Shown: in pieces, positions 45,101-59,936 of the stretch
Numbering within the stretch: position 1 is the first letter of the stretch
How the letters are laid out: each line of letters begins with the position of its first letter
Assembly (NCBI GenBank): GCA_964016885.1
Contig: OZ024741.1
Location: 327,918,001-327,982,000 of the forward strand
Reading direction: 5' to 3'
Origin: Eledone cirrhosa
Taxonomy: Eukaryota
Length of the DNA: 64,000 nucleotides
Notes under the pieces: generated by a model
What the model saw: only the letters and a program-made list of their open reading frames with translations
Database searches by the model: none
Told to the model about the DNA's origin: nothing
Position numbers and translations under genes: made by a program

Positions 45101-45905
45101 ATCTCAAAGTCATCGAAGATGGGGGCCAGCTGTCGCTCGCCGTGGATCCTGGACTCGCAAATGGCTACCACATCCAAACTGTTCGACCTGAGGTCGTTTA
45201 AGAGTTTGCCCTGTTTCCAGGGCATCCCCAGGCCGCGTACGTTCACACATCCAACTCTTATATTGGCCATGTTGGTGCTGAAAAGTTAAAAGAGGAAAAG
45301 AGATCACTCACCCTTCGCCTCCTGGGGACCAGGCCGCACGATTTCCATGGGGGTGTTGGAGGGGTTGTCTGGATGGGTGGTGGTTTCCGGCGGGGTGGGG
45401 ACGCAGATGTTTGGTGGGGTGGGGTCTGGTGGGATGGTGGTGTCTGGGGTGGGGAGGCATTTGAGAAGGACGCGGTTGAGTGGTTTCACGCAGGAATTCC
45501 CCACATCCTTCTCAAATGTTTCTTTTAGGGACCTATAAGTTTGTATAGGGACCCTAATCAGTTTTAGGTTCAGTTTTTTGCTATTTTTTATAGAGTGGGC
45601 GAAAGTTTTCCCTTCGGTGAAAACCGAAGGGTCGTTCGTGATGATCTCCATTAGTGTTTTGTTTTCAGTGTTTATGTAAGTGTAAGTGTAATTTTCTTGT
45701 GTTGTGTTTGTTTTTGTCTGTAGTTCTTGTGTGTGCTTTCGTTTTGTTGTAGGTATTTTGTTTTCAGGAGGTGGGGGTTTTGTTTGTGATATTTTTGTTG
45801 TTTGTGTTGGTGGTTGTATTTTTGTGGTAGTGTTTGCTGGTTTTTTGCTTTTGTGATGTCTTTTCTTTCTTTTCGAGCGATGGGGTTCTCCCTCGTCTTC
45901 ACTGG
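42185..45905 (-). mobile_element. Tx1/L1-group non-LTR retrotransposon: ORF1 remnant + ORF2 (APE-RT)
   Basis: APE 44008..45270 (CVNVRGL, GDWN, SYLDR, SDH); RT 42427..43860 (FRPITLLN, DQSKAFDRV, RQGCALS, AYADD, GGLG) in the same frame, split by one TAG; AATAAA then (TCTA)n at the 3' end. Confidence 0.92.
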
Positions 45906-45911
45906 GTGATG

Positions 45912-46168
45912 GCTATTAGAATGAAATAGTATGGCAGAATATTAAATTTTAAATGTTAATTGAACAAGTACTCTCATGCTTTCGCAATCTTCAGGTTCAT
46001 AATGTGTGGTAACAGTCAAGTTTGCAATTTTCGACAGTTGAAAATTGCAAACTTGCAAACTTGACTGTCACCACACATTATGAACCTGAAGATTGCGAAA
46101 GCATGAAAGTACTTGTTCAATTAACATTTAAAATTTAATATTCTGCCATACTATTTCATTCTAATAGC
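45912..46168. mobile_element. 257-bp near-perfect hairpin with an HHR in each arm
   Basis: Plus arm 46081-46119: UGAAC-CUGAAGA-U-UGC-GAAA-GCA-U-GAAA-GUAC-UU/GUUCA; minus arm 45961-45999 has GAGA instead of GAAA. Confidence 0.85.
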
Positions 46169-46227
46169 ATTATAAATTTTAAAGGATTGTAAATAAAACG
46201 AGTAAATCAGACAAAGTTGGAATTCCT

Positions 46228-46269
<42 letters not shown>

Positions 46270-46904
46270 ACATTACGAAAGACGATGTTACATAAATTGT
46301 TTATTCAGTATAGTTATTTCAATGGTACCCTTATGCAATCCACGTTGTTACTAATCCATTTGTTGTTGGTTTAGGACCGGTATCTTCCGATGAAAGTCCT
46401 ATTACGTGATATGCCACAGGCAAAAAGACAAGTTCTTCTTCTCATGTGGCTGGCAGACATATGTGCATTTAAAGGTTGCTTTTAGCTGTTGTGTTCACAA
46501 TTTGTTGAGTGAGGCGTTATATATGTGTCAATTAGTGATTCTCACCTCCTCCACCTACCATAGATTCGGGGTTGTAAATTATCAAAAGAATATGTCTCTC
46601 ATGTAAACATGCAGGTCTCGTTTATATGTCAATACAAGAGCACGAATTACAGTGTCATTCTACTGACATTGTTTAAAAGAGGCTTTTTGCAGTATTGCAA
46701 ACGACTCAAATATTATTACATTCAGGCGAAAACATCAGGAAGCCGGTCTTCCTGGTGGTTTCTTCCGAATGAAACAGTTCTAGTCCAGTATATATATTAC
46801 AGCCCCACATTATACCCTAACGGATAGTACGATCTATACGTGGATACTTTACGTCTTGATGTGGTAGCTAAGTATATGTTATGTTTATACCATTACTTAT
46901 TTGC

Positions 46905-47016
46905 ATAGGGAACGTTTCCATGTACCAAAGTATCGTATTCCTGTCTTCCCCCGGTTGCAACGTTTTTTGAAATATCCACTTCTGCGTTTACATATTGACT
47001 TTGTTAGTTTCAGAAG

Positions 47017-47053
<37 letters not shown>

Positions 47054-47501
47054 AATATATATATATATAAATATATATATATATAAAGATAAATAACGAT
47101 TAGGTTTCGCTTACTTGTATTAGAACTATAGAACTAGCGGCATTTATACTTGTCACTGTCCTGATCTAGAAATATTCATTTGGTTGCTTAATCTTTCACA
47201 TGCATGAAAGTTTACACCATGCTGGTAAAGTGTTAAAGCAGTAACTCACTTCGATTACGAAGAGTTAAATATTAATTTATATTTTCAAAGTATGCCATTT
47301 GATGAAACTGAATATCTTCAATACTGGTTATATTATGTAATAGAATGACCAATAGGGTCTTATCAGTGGCAAATGCAGCAATGCCAAGATTAATGGTTGA
47401 GCAGGCTTATTTTAGGTCGCTCTAATAGTAATCTAATATAACTAACTTTGTATAAGTTATTATATACATGTTTATACACAAACACACACACACACACACT
47501 C

Positions 47502-47591
<90 letters not shown>

Positions 47592-47593
47592 GC

Positions 47594-47643
<50 letters not shown>

Positions 47644-48346
47644 AGTTATGTAATAAACAACATAATATAATTATATATATATATATATATGTGTGTGTAT
47701 GTATGTATATATATATATATATATATATATACGTTGTTCCGGGTTGAATCGGAGGTAACCACAGTAAGTAAGGTACTCAATACATTGCAGAGTATATCAG
47801 TTTTAATATAGATGAGATTCTACAGGACTAGAACTGTTTCATTCTTTAGAAATCATCAGGAATCTGGGTATCAAAAAATAAGTATGGTATTTATAGGTCT
47901 CTTCAGGTGGTAGGAGAGGGTAGGGAGTGGGATGTGTGTAGGTCAATGGTTGATTGAAAAGGGAATTCATTAAAAGCTAACTCTTCAAAGCTATAGTTTA
48001 CTTTTAGAGTAAGAAAGGCAGAACGAATTCTATAAACAAGTTCAGGATGGGGTGCCACTCCTTATTGTTAAGCTTCTCTTAAGCTAACAGGTGTCTATAA
48101 GATCATTGGGGGTCAGTCATGGTTGATGGATTTAAAGAAAAGGGAGATTCTTTAAAAGCTAAATTCTTTAAGTTTCTACTAAGTGACAAAGGCCTAGAGA
48201 ATTCTGTAGACCAATTCAAAATATTGAGTGCATATCATACAGTTATCTTCAAATTTCTCTATAACTATTCAATTATATGACAAAAATTAACAGACACATT
48301 CACAAACACACCCACTCACAACTCGCGCGCACCCACATACACCCAC

Positions 48347-48378
<32 letters not shown>

Positions 48379-48379
48379 G

Positions 48380-48472
<93 letters not shown>

Positions 48473-48637
48473 TAAAATAACAGATTAAAGTTTAAGCAAA
48501 GAATCGCTGCTTTCACCCTTAACGGGATCTTCTGAAACTAACAAAGTCAATCTGTAAACGCAGAACTGGATATTTCAAAAAACGTTGCAACCGGAGGAAG
48601 ACAGGAAGACGATAGTTTGGTTCATGGTGACGTTCGC
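46905..48637. repeat. ~110-bp inverted repeat pair (46905-47018 / 48526-48637)
   Basis: gttgcaacgttttttgaaatatcca...ttagtttcagaagat and its reverse complement. Confidence 0.8.
47730..48365 (-). mobile_element. Probable PLE pLTR, with an inverted partner at 55880-56372; carries a degenerate HHR
   Basis: Imperfect reverse complement of 55880-56372 with an indel; CUGAUGA-U-UUC-UAAA-GAA-U-GAAACAGUUC at ~47823-47866 (minus). Confidence 0.75.
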
Positions 48638-48926
48638 TGGCAAAGAACGGGAAAAAACGAATAATACGTCATTAATAGGAGCGGTGAAAAACAATTACGT
48701 GCAAGGCCAGAACCACGTTTATGGTATAAAAGAGGTCGTAGATTAATGTTCTCTAAGTGGTGCATAGAGACGTTCTCTGGCAATGAACGAAAAAACGAAG
48801 ATAATAAGTCATATGTGGAGCGTGGAGAACAATAGCGTGCAAAGACAAAACCACGTAAATGGTATAGCAGAAGTCGTAGACTAAAATTCTAACTAGGAGA
48901 CCGAATGAATCTCCGCTACACTCACA

Positions 48927-49055
<129 letters not shown>

Positions 49056-49183
49056 GTACATATATACATACACACACACACATATACACAGATACATATA
49101 CACATATATATATATACACACACACACATATATATACACACATACACATACATACATATACACATATATATATATATATACAC

Positions 49184-49264
<81 letters not shown>

Positions 49265-49293
49265 TACATATATACATACACACACATACACAT

Positions 49294-49333
<40 letters not shown>

Positions 49334-49444
49334 CCACACACATACATACATACACCTACATATACACACATACACATATATATATATATATATGTATATA
49401 CATACATACACACATACAGTACACACATACATACATACACATAC

Positions 49445-49482
<38 letters not shown>

Positions 49483-49756
49483 GCAAAAGTTTTATTTAAG
49501 ATTGTTGGGTTACAACGAGTAAATATTTTATAACTGATATAAAAGCACTCAACAATTTCTGGAGTAGGTTTACGATATCAACTTTTTAAATGGAAGTTGC
49601 ATTATTTATAAGGTATGTCAAAAATTATTTATAAAACAGTTTATGTATTGTATTTTGTCTGAGGAAGGTATACCATATTTCTAATATGATATCCCTGAAA
49701 TATATATAACGAAATAAATATGGTTTTATAAATATAGTTTCCATTTGTTTAATATC

Positions 49757-49843
<87 letters not shown>

Positions 49844-49906
49844 TACACACACATACATATACACACATATATATACGCATACATATACATACACATATAC
49901 ATACAC

Positions 49907-49995
<89 letters not shown>

Positions 49996-50029
49996 AGATT
50001 AAAATATTTGAGTGTGTTAGAGTTAAACA

Positions 50030-53000
50030 CACTCGTCGTATTAGAGAAATCACAGTATCAGATATAGCTCAATGTAATCCAACAGAGCCGAAAAATTATA
50101 AAAATAAACAAAGAAGCCTTCAATACATCAAAAGTCTTTATTAGCCGACAATGTTTCGTCGCATTAATAAGGACTCATCAGGGTAAGCAAAGAGACAAGA
50201 AGCATTAACGGCCAGAACAAACCAAAACTCAGAAGAACAGGGAATTTATATCTATAAAAACTTAGGAAAGACATCATGGAAAGACAAGCTAAAGTTAAAA
50301 GTGTGCATTTGCAAATATAGACTATAGGGCAGGAGAGCAAGTAATATGTGAAACCCACGTTGAAAGAACAATATAAGACAAATACATGAAATACAACATG
50401 GTAAAACAATATGAGAATTATAATATGATATAGAAAACAATATAATGGATAATAAGTAATTAAAAGCTTAATATATATGTATATATATATATCCATATAT
50501 ATACACATTTACACAAACACATACTAACACTTGTTTAAATATTTAAATATAATAATCATTATAATAGCATAATCAACCTGACGGTGTGCATAAACAATAT
50601 CAAAAACAATGGAATAATATACTGATATTAAAAAATATATAAAACTACATCATACGTATCACTTAAGGTCAACAAATTGTATATAAAGTTTTACACAGGG
50701 TAAGAAAAAATATCATATAAAAATAAAGTATGGTGAAAAAATGTATATAACTATATATAATATTGACAATAAATATCCATAGAGGTATATGCAGTTCAAA
50801 TTCATAAGATATTACAAAACAGTACCTCTATATTGGACATGTATATATAATTCAATTCCATAAAAATAATAATGTTAATATTACAATAGCAGACACAGAA
50901 TCAATGGAAAATGCTTAAGACATATTTACGCGATGCATATAAATAGACATATCAGGAGACAATAACAAATGATGGGAGAACAGACAGCATGTGGTAGTAA
51001 AAAAATAAATAAAATAAAACGAAGAACAAAAACAAAAACAAGCACAGACGTTACAAGTCACTAGGTAAATATAGAAAATATTACTATTCTGGATCAAAGA
51101 ATTAAATTGAAAACCTTATTAAATTAATTAGTACTAAAACTGTTTAAAAGACATTATGGGTCACTTCATATGGAATAAAATGTAAGTCATCAAAGTCAAA
51201 TAAAATTAAGATATTTCAATAAGAAAGCTAAAATATCTATCAAGATATATCACGAAACATCCAGACGAATTACGTTATCAAGGAAAAAACTCTAAATAAA
51301 ACTATGGTAGACCAATGGGAACATAAAAAAGTAGAACTATGGAGGGTAGGAAGGAGCATAAAGGTAAAAATTTATATATAATCAATATAAATTGACCACA
51401 TATAACATTTATATATAATATTAAATATAATATTATTTTCATCCCAACCAGGAATGAAAATAAAGATAGAAACTTATAAGGCGACAATGGTGAGTAAAAA
51501 TGTAATAATGGTAAAGATGATAGACAGGGTAAGATAGCTAAAGAGACTATGAAAACTAAATTGAAAAACCGTAGAAAACCAATAATGGTAATAATAATGA
51601 ACTAAAACCAAAGAGATAAGGAAATATAGCAGCTAATGGATACGATTTAAACTACCGGAGCTTTTAGGTCTATAATAGAAGAAGGAATTAGAAATAGCAT
51701 GCGGACAGAAAGAAAAAATTTCAGATTTTCTATTAAGCAATACGTTCCTAGAGAAAATTATAGAGTGGGTCTCTAGGATACAAAGATTACAGAATTTAGC
51801 GTGTGTTGAGAGGTGATTATAGTGGGCTACTATACGCCAATTTAGGCTATATGGTATACCAGCCCCTTTTAAATCCCAGATATCGTGTACTAAAGAAGTA
51901 GAGTTCTTAAACTTGATATGCTTAAAATTGGATATATGTGAATTAAACCTAGTTTTAAAAGTATTAGAAGCGGAGCCTATATATGTTCTACAAGAAGAAT
52001 TAGTCTTAACTTCACATGCATAAACAATATTCTTAGAGAAGCAGTTACCATTCAGAGGGCAGTTATTACTTAATTTTACAGTTACACTTCCGGGTATTAG
52101 TGTTTAGCTGGTTACGCGATGCACTATTCCTAGGGTTATTAGAAGATAAGATCTGCTCGGGTGGTAAGTTGTTGATAGAGCTATCTAGATTAGTGGTACG
52201 CAAAGAGCAGTAGCTGTCCCTAATTTTCCTATTATTAGTGCTAGCTAGATGAGAATTAATGTTAGGGGTGGTAGAGAAGGAGAGTTTAATTACATTCTTA
52301 TTAAAGATACTCTGATATTTATTAGTAGGAGGGAAATTTTTCTCTAAAATAGAAAAGAAAGATCTAGGGATATTAGTTAATACTTCATGATTATAAGGCG
52401 GGTTAAAGTAAGTATTGAGTCTCCTCCTATTCCTACCTTTACTATTTCTATTTCTATCTCGTATCCTATTAATAGGATTAGGGTTAATACTAGGACCAGT
52501 TGAATTAACATTATTAGAAGCCGTTAAAACATCACGACTGGGTGAACGTTCAGAGCGCCTATCCTGTTCACTAGAACTAATCTCAAAAAGTGCACCATTA
52601 GACTCACTATTACGATTATTATTGTGGTAGTTATACATATGGTTCGGTTTGGATGAACCAATAACATTTCTATGATTCCTAGATTTTCTTCTCCCATTCA
52701 AGGCTATGTTATGGGATATTACGTTATTATGGGTAAACGGAGTCATTCCAAGGTAGTCATCTTTATAGTGTATTCTACCAGAGTAACCGGGGTTAGCTAG
52801 GGCATTATTATAATACTCAGCATGTGAATTAAATATTCCTATATCTTTAGAGAGTGTGGAGATTCTATTAGATACACCATTAATTATAGAACTAATCATA
52901 GATTTCGGGTGGTTAGAATTAGGATTAACGTAAGAGAGTGTCTCATTTGGCATGTGGAAGGGTTTATAATTATTAGTGACCAAGTCTAATGTCACATCTA

Positions 53001-54205
53001 AAAAGTTAACAGCTCTATCATTCTTATCAATCGTGATCGAAAGGTTAAAATTTAAAAAAAATTCATACAACTTCTTCCTATTATGTTCAATGCTATTGGT
53101 ATTAGAGTTTATTACAAATAATGCATCGTCACGATAAAGTCCACCTTTAAGGTGCGGAACGCTAACATAGAGTTCGTTCAAGAGGTACAGCCCAATAAGA
53201 TCAGTTACCTGCGCAGAATCACTCGAACCCATGGTAACGTCAAAGTTGTTGGGTGTGTTTTTACGCGTCCAAAGTGTATCCTCGAATTTGATGATAGTCC
53301 TACGGGCGGCTAGTATAACATCAATCTGGGGTCGCGTAAGACTAGACATTCGCATGGCCATAATTAGGGCTTTATTAAGGAGGATAGGTGAAATCGATGT
53401 GTAATAGGCGTCTATATCAAAATGGATAAACCTACTAGACTTAAGCTTATTTATACCAGAGAACCAATCAATAACATCCATAGTGTTCCCCCATAGATTA
53501 AAATGAACCTTTTCTCTAACGGTGGGTATAATCAGGTCAAGAATATTCTTACTAATTATAACTATATCAGACTTAGAAGGACTAATAAGTCTAACAGCAG
53601 GATTACTTAAGAAGTCCACCTTATGATCCTTAAGTGTGAATCACGGTTCCCTGGGGTAATAAGGTTGGGTATACTTATCAAGACCCAGATCCGAAACTAT
53701 CTTGAGGCCCTCATTATTAATTTGATTTAAATTATCCTGCTTTGTTTTTTTGTAATTTTTATGCAAATACTTATAAATAAAATTACGGTAGGCAATATAA
53801 TCCATAGAGTAAAGATTATTAGTCTTGTCAGCCGGGACAAGAATAGACCTATTCCCTTTAATATCCCTAACAATATTCTTAAGTTTAGACTGGAACTTGT
53901 CAAAATTATTATAGTTCCCATATTTATTATGCGGCTTATATTTAATATTTTTGACAAGGGAAAGTAAATCGTTCTCAAAACTATCTAATAGAATATTATG
54001 CGGTGGACTTTTATAAGTCTTGAAGCCAAAGTTATTGAATGGAGTCTTACTACTGGGGTTATTCCTATTCCTATTACTATCAAAGTGGAAAGCACGCCAT
54101 CTAATCCGTTTTACGAATGAGTTAACGCTAGCAATCAAAAGTTTTTCATAAGTATTTCTAGAAGGGATGGGAATATTCTTCAGAGATAAAGGCAAGTAGC
54201 TCTTT
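50030..54205 (-). mobile_element. Near full-length YRDD-type PLE, frameshifted, with a long AT-rich 3' UTR
   Basis: SLKNIPIPS N-terminus, PADKTNNLY, MGSSDSAQVTDLIG, GGLYRDD, YFNPPYN; GIY-YIG remnant at ~51700-52065. Confidence 0.92.
50141..50187 (-). ncRNA. Canonical-core minimal type I hammerhead at the PLE 3' end
   Basis: UUACC-CUGAUGA-GUC-(11 nt)-GAC-GAAAC-AUU-GUC/GGCUAA, followed by AAUAAA. Confidence 0.85.
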
Positions 54206-55715
54206 GTTAGCATACTGTCAGATGTATATAAAGGCCAAAATACCAGTATATAGGATGACATCGCATTTGTATACGATATCATTTGTGAGGCGTTTGTTTT
54301 CAAGTGGGTATGCTTCCTTATTTAGGCAATTACACAAGGCCCCAGTCCGGGGATTGGGTTCGGAGGTGGTTGGCTTATTTAATTTTTTAGAATTGTGGTT
54401 GTCTATATTCCTAGTTAGGTTAGGTGTGGTGGAGTAAGAGAGTCTTATTGTGTTCTTCTTACAGATGGTGTGGTATCTATGTTGTATGCGGAAGTGTATT
54501 TTCAGCAAAGTGAAGAAAATCCTAGCTATCGGTGTAGAGACCTCTCTATTGAAATACCTATGCCTATTCCTCCTCTGCAAACTTGCGGTGGTTTCTAGGT
54601 AGGTTATCTTTTCTTTAAATCCGCTGCGGGCGAGGGCGTCATTGTAGTAGGAGGCAGAGGCGTTAAAAATATCTTTGTTGGCGGAGAGGCCAGATATTCT
54701 AATAGAGACGCTTTTTACTAGGTTATCAGTGATGTTTTGGGGGTGGTTTGAATTAACATTAATATATCTAAGGGACTCGTTAGGTTTGTGGTACGGGTAA
54801 TAGAGGGTAGTATCTAGGTTGAGAGTGACATCTAAGAAGTTGGCCCTAGTCAAATTAGATTCTATAGTTATACTAAATCCTAGGTTAGAGAAGAACGAGC
54901 TTAACTTTTTCCGAAACCCATCGGTGGTTCTGGGGTTAACCTTGTGCAGGGCGAAGAGGCCGTTGTCTCGGTATAATCCTCCGGTTAGGCCGGTAAAGTG
55001 GTTCTTCAGGTGATGTAGGATGTACAGGCCCACAAGGTCGCTAATTTCAGCCGAGTCACTCGCTCCGAAGCTAACGTCAAATGGGGTCTGAGATTTCTTG
55101 TTGATCCAGTAAGATCCATCGTGGTATAGAAAGGTCTTACGGGCGTGGAGGATAACAACTTGCTCGGCATCGGTAATGGTGGTAAAGTTCCTGGCAAAGT
55201 TAATTGCGTCCTTCAGGAGGGGCTCCGAGATAGAGGCATAGTAGTTTTCTATGTCGAGTTGCAGGAAGCGAGTGTGGTGTTTGTCGGGTAATTCTTGGAA
55301 CCAGGATATTGCCTCAGATGTTCTGCTCCAGAGTGGGAGTGGTGAGGCAGCCCGCAATGATGGTAGAACTCTATCCAGGATATTCTTACTGATAGAGCCG
55401 GTGTCTGAACGAGTGGGGTTGATAATTCTGACTGATGGTTTGTTGAGGAAGTTTCCCTTATGGTCCTTCAGAGTAAAGTGCGGGGTCTTTACCTTTAAAG
55501 GTTCGGTTCGGTCGTGTAATTTAAGGGACTTCGCGATTTCTTTTCCGGCCGCGTTTGTCTCAGTCAATGCCATATCTATTACCTTTTTGTAGGTGGTTGT
55601 GATGGCATTTTTTGCCAGCTTGTGGTAGGTCTGTGGGTCTACCTCAGAAACGTTTTGGGTTTCATCGGAGGAGACATAAAGATTAGGGGATTTTTTATAT
55701 TCAGCAATTCGGCAT
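54205..55715 (-). mobile_element. YRDD-type PLE RT fragment, truncated inside GIY-YIG by the adjacent PLE
   Basis: TLKDHKGNF, FGASDSAEISDLVG, GGLYRDN (catalytic D to N), NHPQN, IVYKC; the first ~100 aa of ORF 54218..56014 are microsatellite/pLTR sequence. Confidence 0.9.
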
Positions 55716-55758
55716 TTATTGTGTGTATGTATATATATGTATATATACATTGTGTGTG

Positions 55759-55845
<87 letters not shown>

Positions 55846-56370
55846 ATATATATATATATATATATCTATATATATCTGTATATGTGTATGTATCGGTGTA
55901 TGTGGGTGCGCGCGAGTTGTAAGTGGGTGTGTTTGTGAATGTGTCTGTTGATTTTTGGCATATAATTGAATAGTTTAAGAGAAATTTGAAGATAATTGTA
56001 TGATATGCACTCAATATTTTGAATTGGTCTACAGAATTCTCTAGGCATTTGTCACTTAGTAGAACCTTAAAGAAATTACCTTTTAAAGAATCTGTGGAAA
56101 ATTAAAAATAAGGAGTGGAACCCCATCCTGAACTTGTTTATAGAATTCTTTCTGCCTTTGTTATTCTAAAAATAAACTATAGCTTTAAAGAATTATCTTT
56201 TAATGAATTCCCTTTTCTATCAACCAATGACCTACACCCATCCACTCCCTACCCTCTCCTACCACCTGAAGAGACCTATAAATACCATACTTATTTTTTG
56301 ATACCCAGATTCCTGATGTTTTCTAAAGAATGAAACAGTTCTAGTCCTGTAGAATCTCATCTATATTAAA

Positions 56371-56420
<50 letters not shown>

Positions 56421-56689
56421 GTTATTGTTTCTTTTTTCTTAATGGTATCCTTCTTCCCAATTCTTACCATGAAGTTTCTATCACATGTAGTTATTTTTTT
56501 TTTTATTATGTATCGATCTGTTACGTGTCTTTCGCAGATGAAAGGCTCAGGGTCCCCGATAGAATTTTTGGAGCCTACTCCAATATCAATCTGCTCTTCA
56601 GACTGGCAAACAGTACTGTGTAATTCTTATCGAGAGGCCTTCAAATGATTTTCATAAACATCCAAAATATTGTTCATAATACAATACGA

Positions 56690-56728
<39 letters not shown>

Positions 56729-57764
56729 CATATATATACATATATATGTATATATATATATGCGTGTGTGTGTGTGTGTGTGTGTGTGTGCGTACGTATT
56801 GTATTATGAACAATATTTTGGATGTGTGCGCGTGTATATATATATGCAGTATATATGTATATCAACGAGAAATTGATTGACATACATATATATATATATA
56901 TAAAATAAACATATGAAACAATCACAGGGAATAATTTGTAAAGTGTGTAAGCACACACAGCTAGGTAGGTAACTAATGAAAATTTAACTAGAACTTCAAA
57001 ATGATTAATCTCCTTTGTATATATTTCATTAAAGAAATATATACAAAGGAGATTAATCATTTTAAAAGCTATCTATATTTGAAGTTCTAGTTAAACTTTA
57101 ACTAGTTACCTACCTAGCTGTGTGTGCTTACACGCTTTACAAATTATTCCTTGTGATTGTTTTATATATATATATGTTTGTGTCAATATATGTTGATATA
57201 AAATGCTCGGATCTATTCATTGGAATCTTTGATCATATTCTACAGTGGATTTGGCGAATGTCTCTCGGACATGACACCCTTAATTTAATTTTGCATATAT
57301 ATATGTATATATATAAATGTAAACAGAAATAACGAGGCAAATGACACGAGACATTGAAGAAATATATTAGTTTAACGCTTGAAATAGCATACATATTTTC
57401 GCTATGGCTGCGAAAACAGAATTAAGATTTTACAGTTGAATCTGAAATGATTCAAAATTCACGTTATACTGATAATTGAAATTTCCAGGTTTAAAAATAT
57501 TCAGCTGTGCGTATGCCTATGTTTACGTTTGCATTGGTGATTGTGTTCCGTAACTTCTCGTATTGATATAAAGTTGATCAATACAATATGTATAAGACTT
57601 GCAAAATAAAAACTGGAACCGAGTGTAAAAGAATAAAAGAACAAAAAGATATTCGTTGTTGAAATCAGCCAATTCTGGAATAGAATGATTTTCAACAATT
57701 TCGCTGACCTTTTTTAAACAAAACGTGAATGGCGAAATTTGCAAGACTGGAGATTGATCATGTT

Positions 57765-59535
57765 GCCCACCGGAACCAGCATCCAGGTAGTTCAGGCACC
57801 TCATTGTCAAGCTTGAGATGAGGAATGCCTTCAACTGCTTGCGCCGGGACCATCTGCTCGATGTCTGCCTCAGTCGAGCCCCCTTTGCCTACCCTCTGGA
57901 CTACCTGTCGTATGGAGCCCCGAGCATGCTCCTTGCTGCTGATACGGCCATACCTTCGGCTACTGGGGTCCAACAGGGCGACCCTTTGGGACCCCTCCCG
58001 TTTGCCCTTGGTATAGACCACAAAGCCCGGAGTATCATGGCCCCTCTCAACGTTTGGTATCTGGATGATGCTACGTTGGGCGGGTCCGTATAGACTGTCT
58101 GCCATGACCTTCAATCGGTGGTTCCTGCCCTGGCGGGAATCGGCCTCCGAGTCAACTCGGCAAAGGAAAAGTGGGTGAATGTCAGCCACGATGCTGACAG
58201 CTTTGCAACCTCCGTCTCGGACGTGCGGTCCATTCTCCACCAGGTGCAGGTGACCCCCAAAGAGGATGTCCTCAACTTCAGGTCAACAATCCACCCGCCG
58301 TCCATCCGCCCCACCATCAGGTCCAGGCTTCAACAACTCCATACTCTCACGAGCCGACTGGGCTTGATCGACGGCCACCCAGCTTTCTTTCTGTTGAGGA
58401 ACAGCTTCGCCATGCCGAAGTTCCTCTACACCCTCCGCAGCGCTCCGTGCTATACCCAGACACCTCTTCTCGCTGACCTCGATACTTGTATCCGAACACC
58501 AGCCGAGGAGATATCCAACGTCAAGTTTGACGACATTGGATGGCAACAAGCCACTTTACCTCTCAGGTATGGCGGCCTTGGCCTCCGGTCCCCGATTTCG
58601 CTGGCTTTGCTAGCTTATCTTTCGTCGGTAACCTCGTGCCGCGTCCTCGTCAGCAGGGTTCTTCAATAGAACCCTCTGTGTTAAGATAACGTGAGGCCGC
58701 CTGTGAGACGTGGGACCGACTAGGACTTAGCCCAGTAGACGTCCCTCCTCCCTCTCCCCCTTTTGACGTCAAGTCCCCCCAAAGCATTTGGGATGCCATC
58801 CAGTGCAGCCTGGCCTCAGACAGGCTCACGCGCCAGCTCGATCAGTACCGCCTTGCCTGCTTTCGTATGGCCTCCAAACCCCAAAGTGGTGCCTGGCTCC
58901 ATGCCTGCCCTCCTTCCCCACTGGCACTCAACTAGACATCAATAGCCTGCGCATCGACGTTTCCTTGAGGCTCGGCCTCCGGGTCTGCGAGCCACACCAA
59001 TGTCGCTGCGGATCCACCGTGGACTCTTTCGGCCTCCACCCGCTATCCTGTCCCCACAGTGCCGGCCACCTTCCACGCCTTACTGCCCTTAACGAGGTCA
59101 TAAAGCATGGCTTGGACGCTGCGGGCTTCCTTCCCAGCTCAAGCCGGTGGGGCTAGACCGAGGGGACGGCAAAAGGCCAGATGGCATGACCATCTTCCCG
59201 TTCTGCGGTGCCAAACCCCTCGTCTTGGATGCTACTTGCACCTACACTTTCTGCAGCCGCAACCTGGTGCTGTCTGCCACTAACCCAGGTTCTGCTGCAC
59301 ATCGGGATGAGGAGGCCAAGCTCCTCAAATACCTGTCGCTCTCCGACAGGTTTGCGGTTGTACCCCTGGCAGTGGAGACTTCTTGTGTCCTCGGCCCCAG
59401 GGCTACCTCCCTACTCACCACTATAGGCGCTGAGCTGGCCAGCCTCAGGTGTGAACCCCGCGAGATGGAGTCGCTTTTCCAGCGGGAACGCCTTCACCAT
59501 CCTGTCCGCCGGGGCTTTGTGTGCGGGCATCGCGT
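57765..59535 (+). mobile_element. 5'-truncated, frameshifted CRE-like non-LTR retrotransposon (RT + CCHC + restriction-like endonuclease)
   Basis: NAFNCLRR, GVQQGDPLGP, WYLDD, LPLRYGGLG, CRCG...GLHPLSC, GKRPDG...DATC. Confidence 0.88.
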
Positions 59536-59936
59536 AACATTCCATATTTAGGTATCCGAAACATAAAACTTTGATGATACAGATGTACGTGATCTGCATG
59601 AACCTCATTGAAACATAATAACGCCTCACGATATTCGTAATTTTGATCAACAGTGTAGAAACCAACGTGTTGGAAGTGGGGAATATATAATAAATAAAAG
59701 AAACCACCACAAAAATAATTTTGATTTGAAAAGTTCAAGTAATTAACGTTGAATCTTGAACAAAGCATTTAAGTTCTGCAAATCTTTGACAAAGGACCTG
59801 GCTGTCAAACTCACGTGTATGTGGACAAAGAGAGAACGAAAATACAAAAGAGGGGATAAAATTTACCCCTGATATGTTCTTTACAACGAATTTAATTAGT
59901 TAAACAATATCTATTTAACCCTAGTGTTATGTATCA

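Noticed and set aside
47110-47420. Minus-strand DSDKYKC resembling an Ig-domain DxGxYxC motif before a gtaag donor
   Set aside because: Surrounding frames contain stops; too short to support an exon or pseudogene call.
54218-56014. 598-aa ORF as a single protein
   Set aside because: The N-terminal ~100 aa come from a pLTR plus microsatellite that happens to be in frame; only 54205-55715 is PLE coding, and its catalytic motif is mutated (YRDN).
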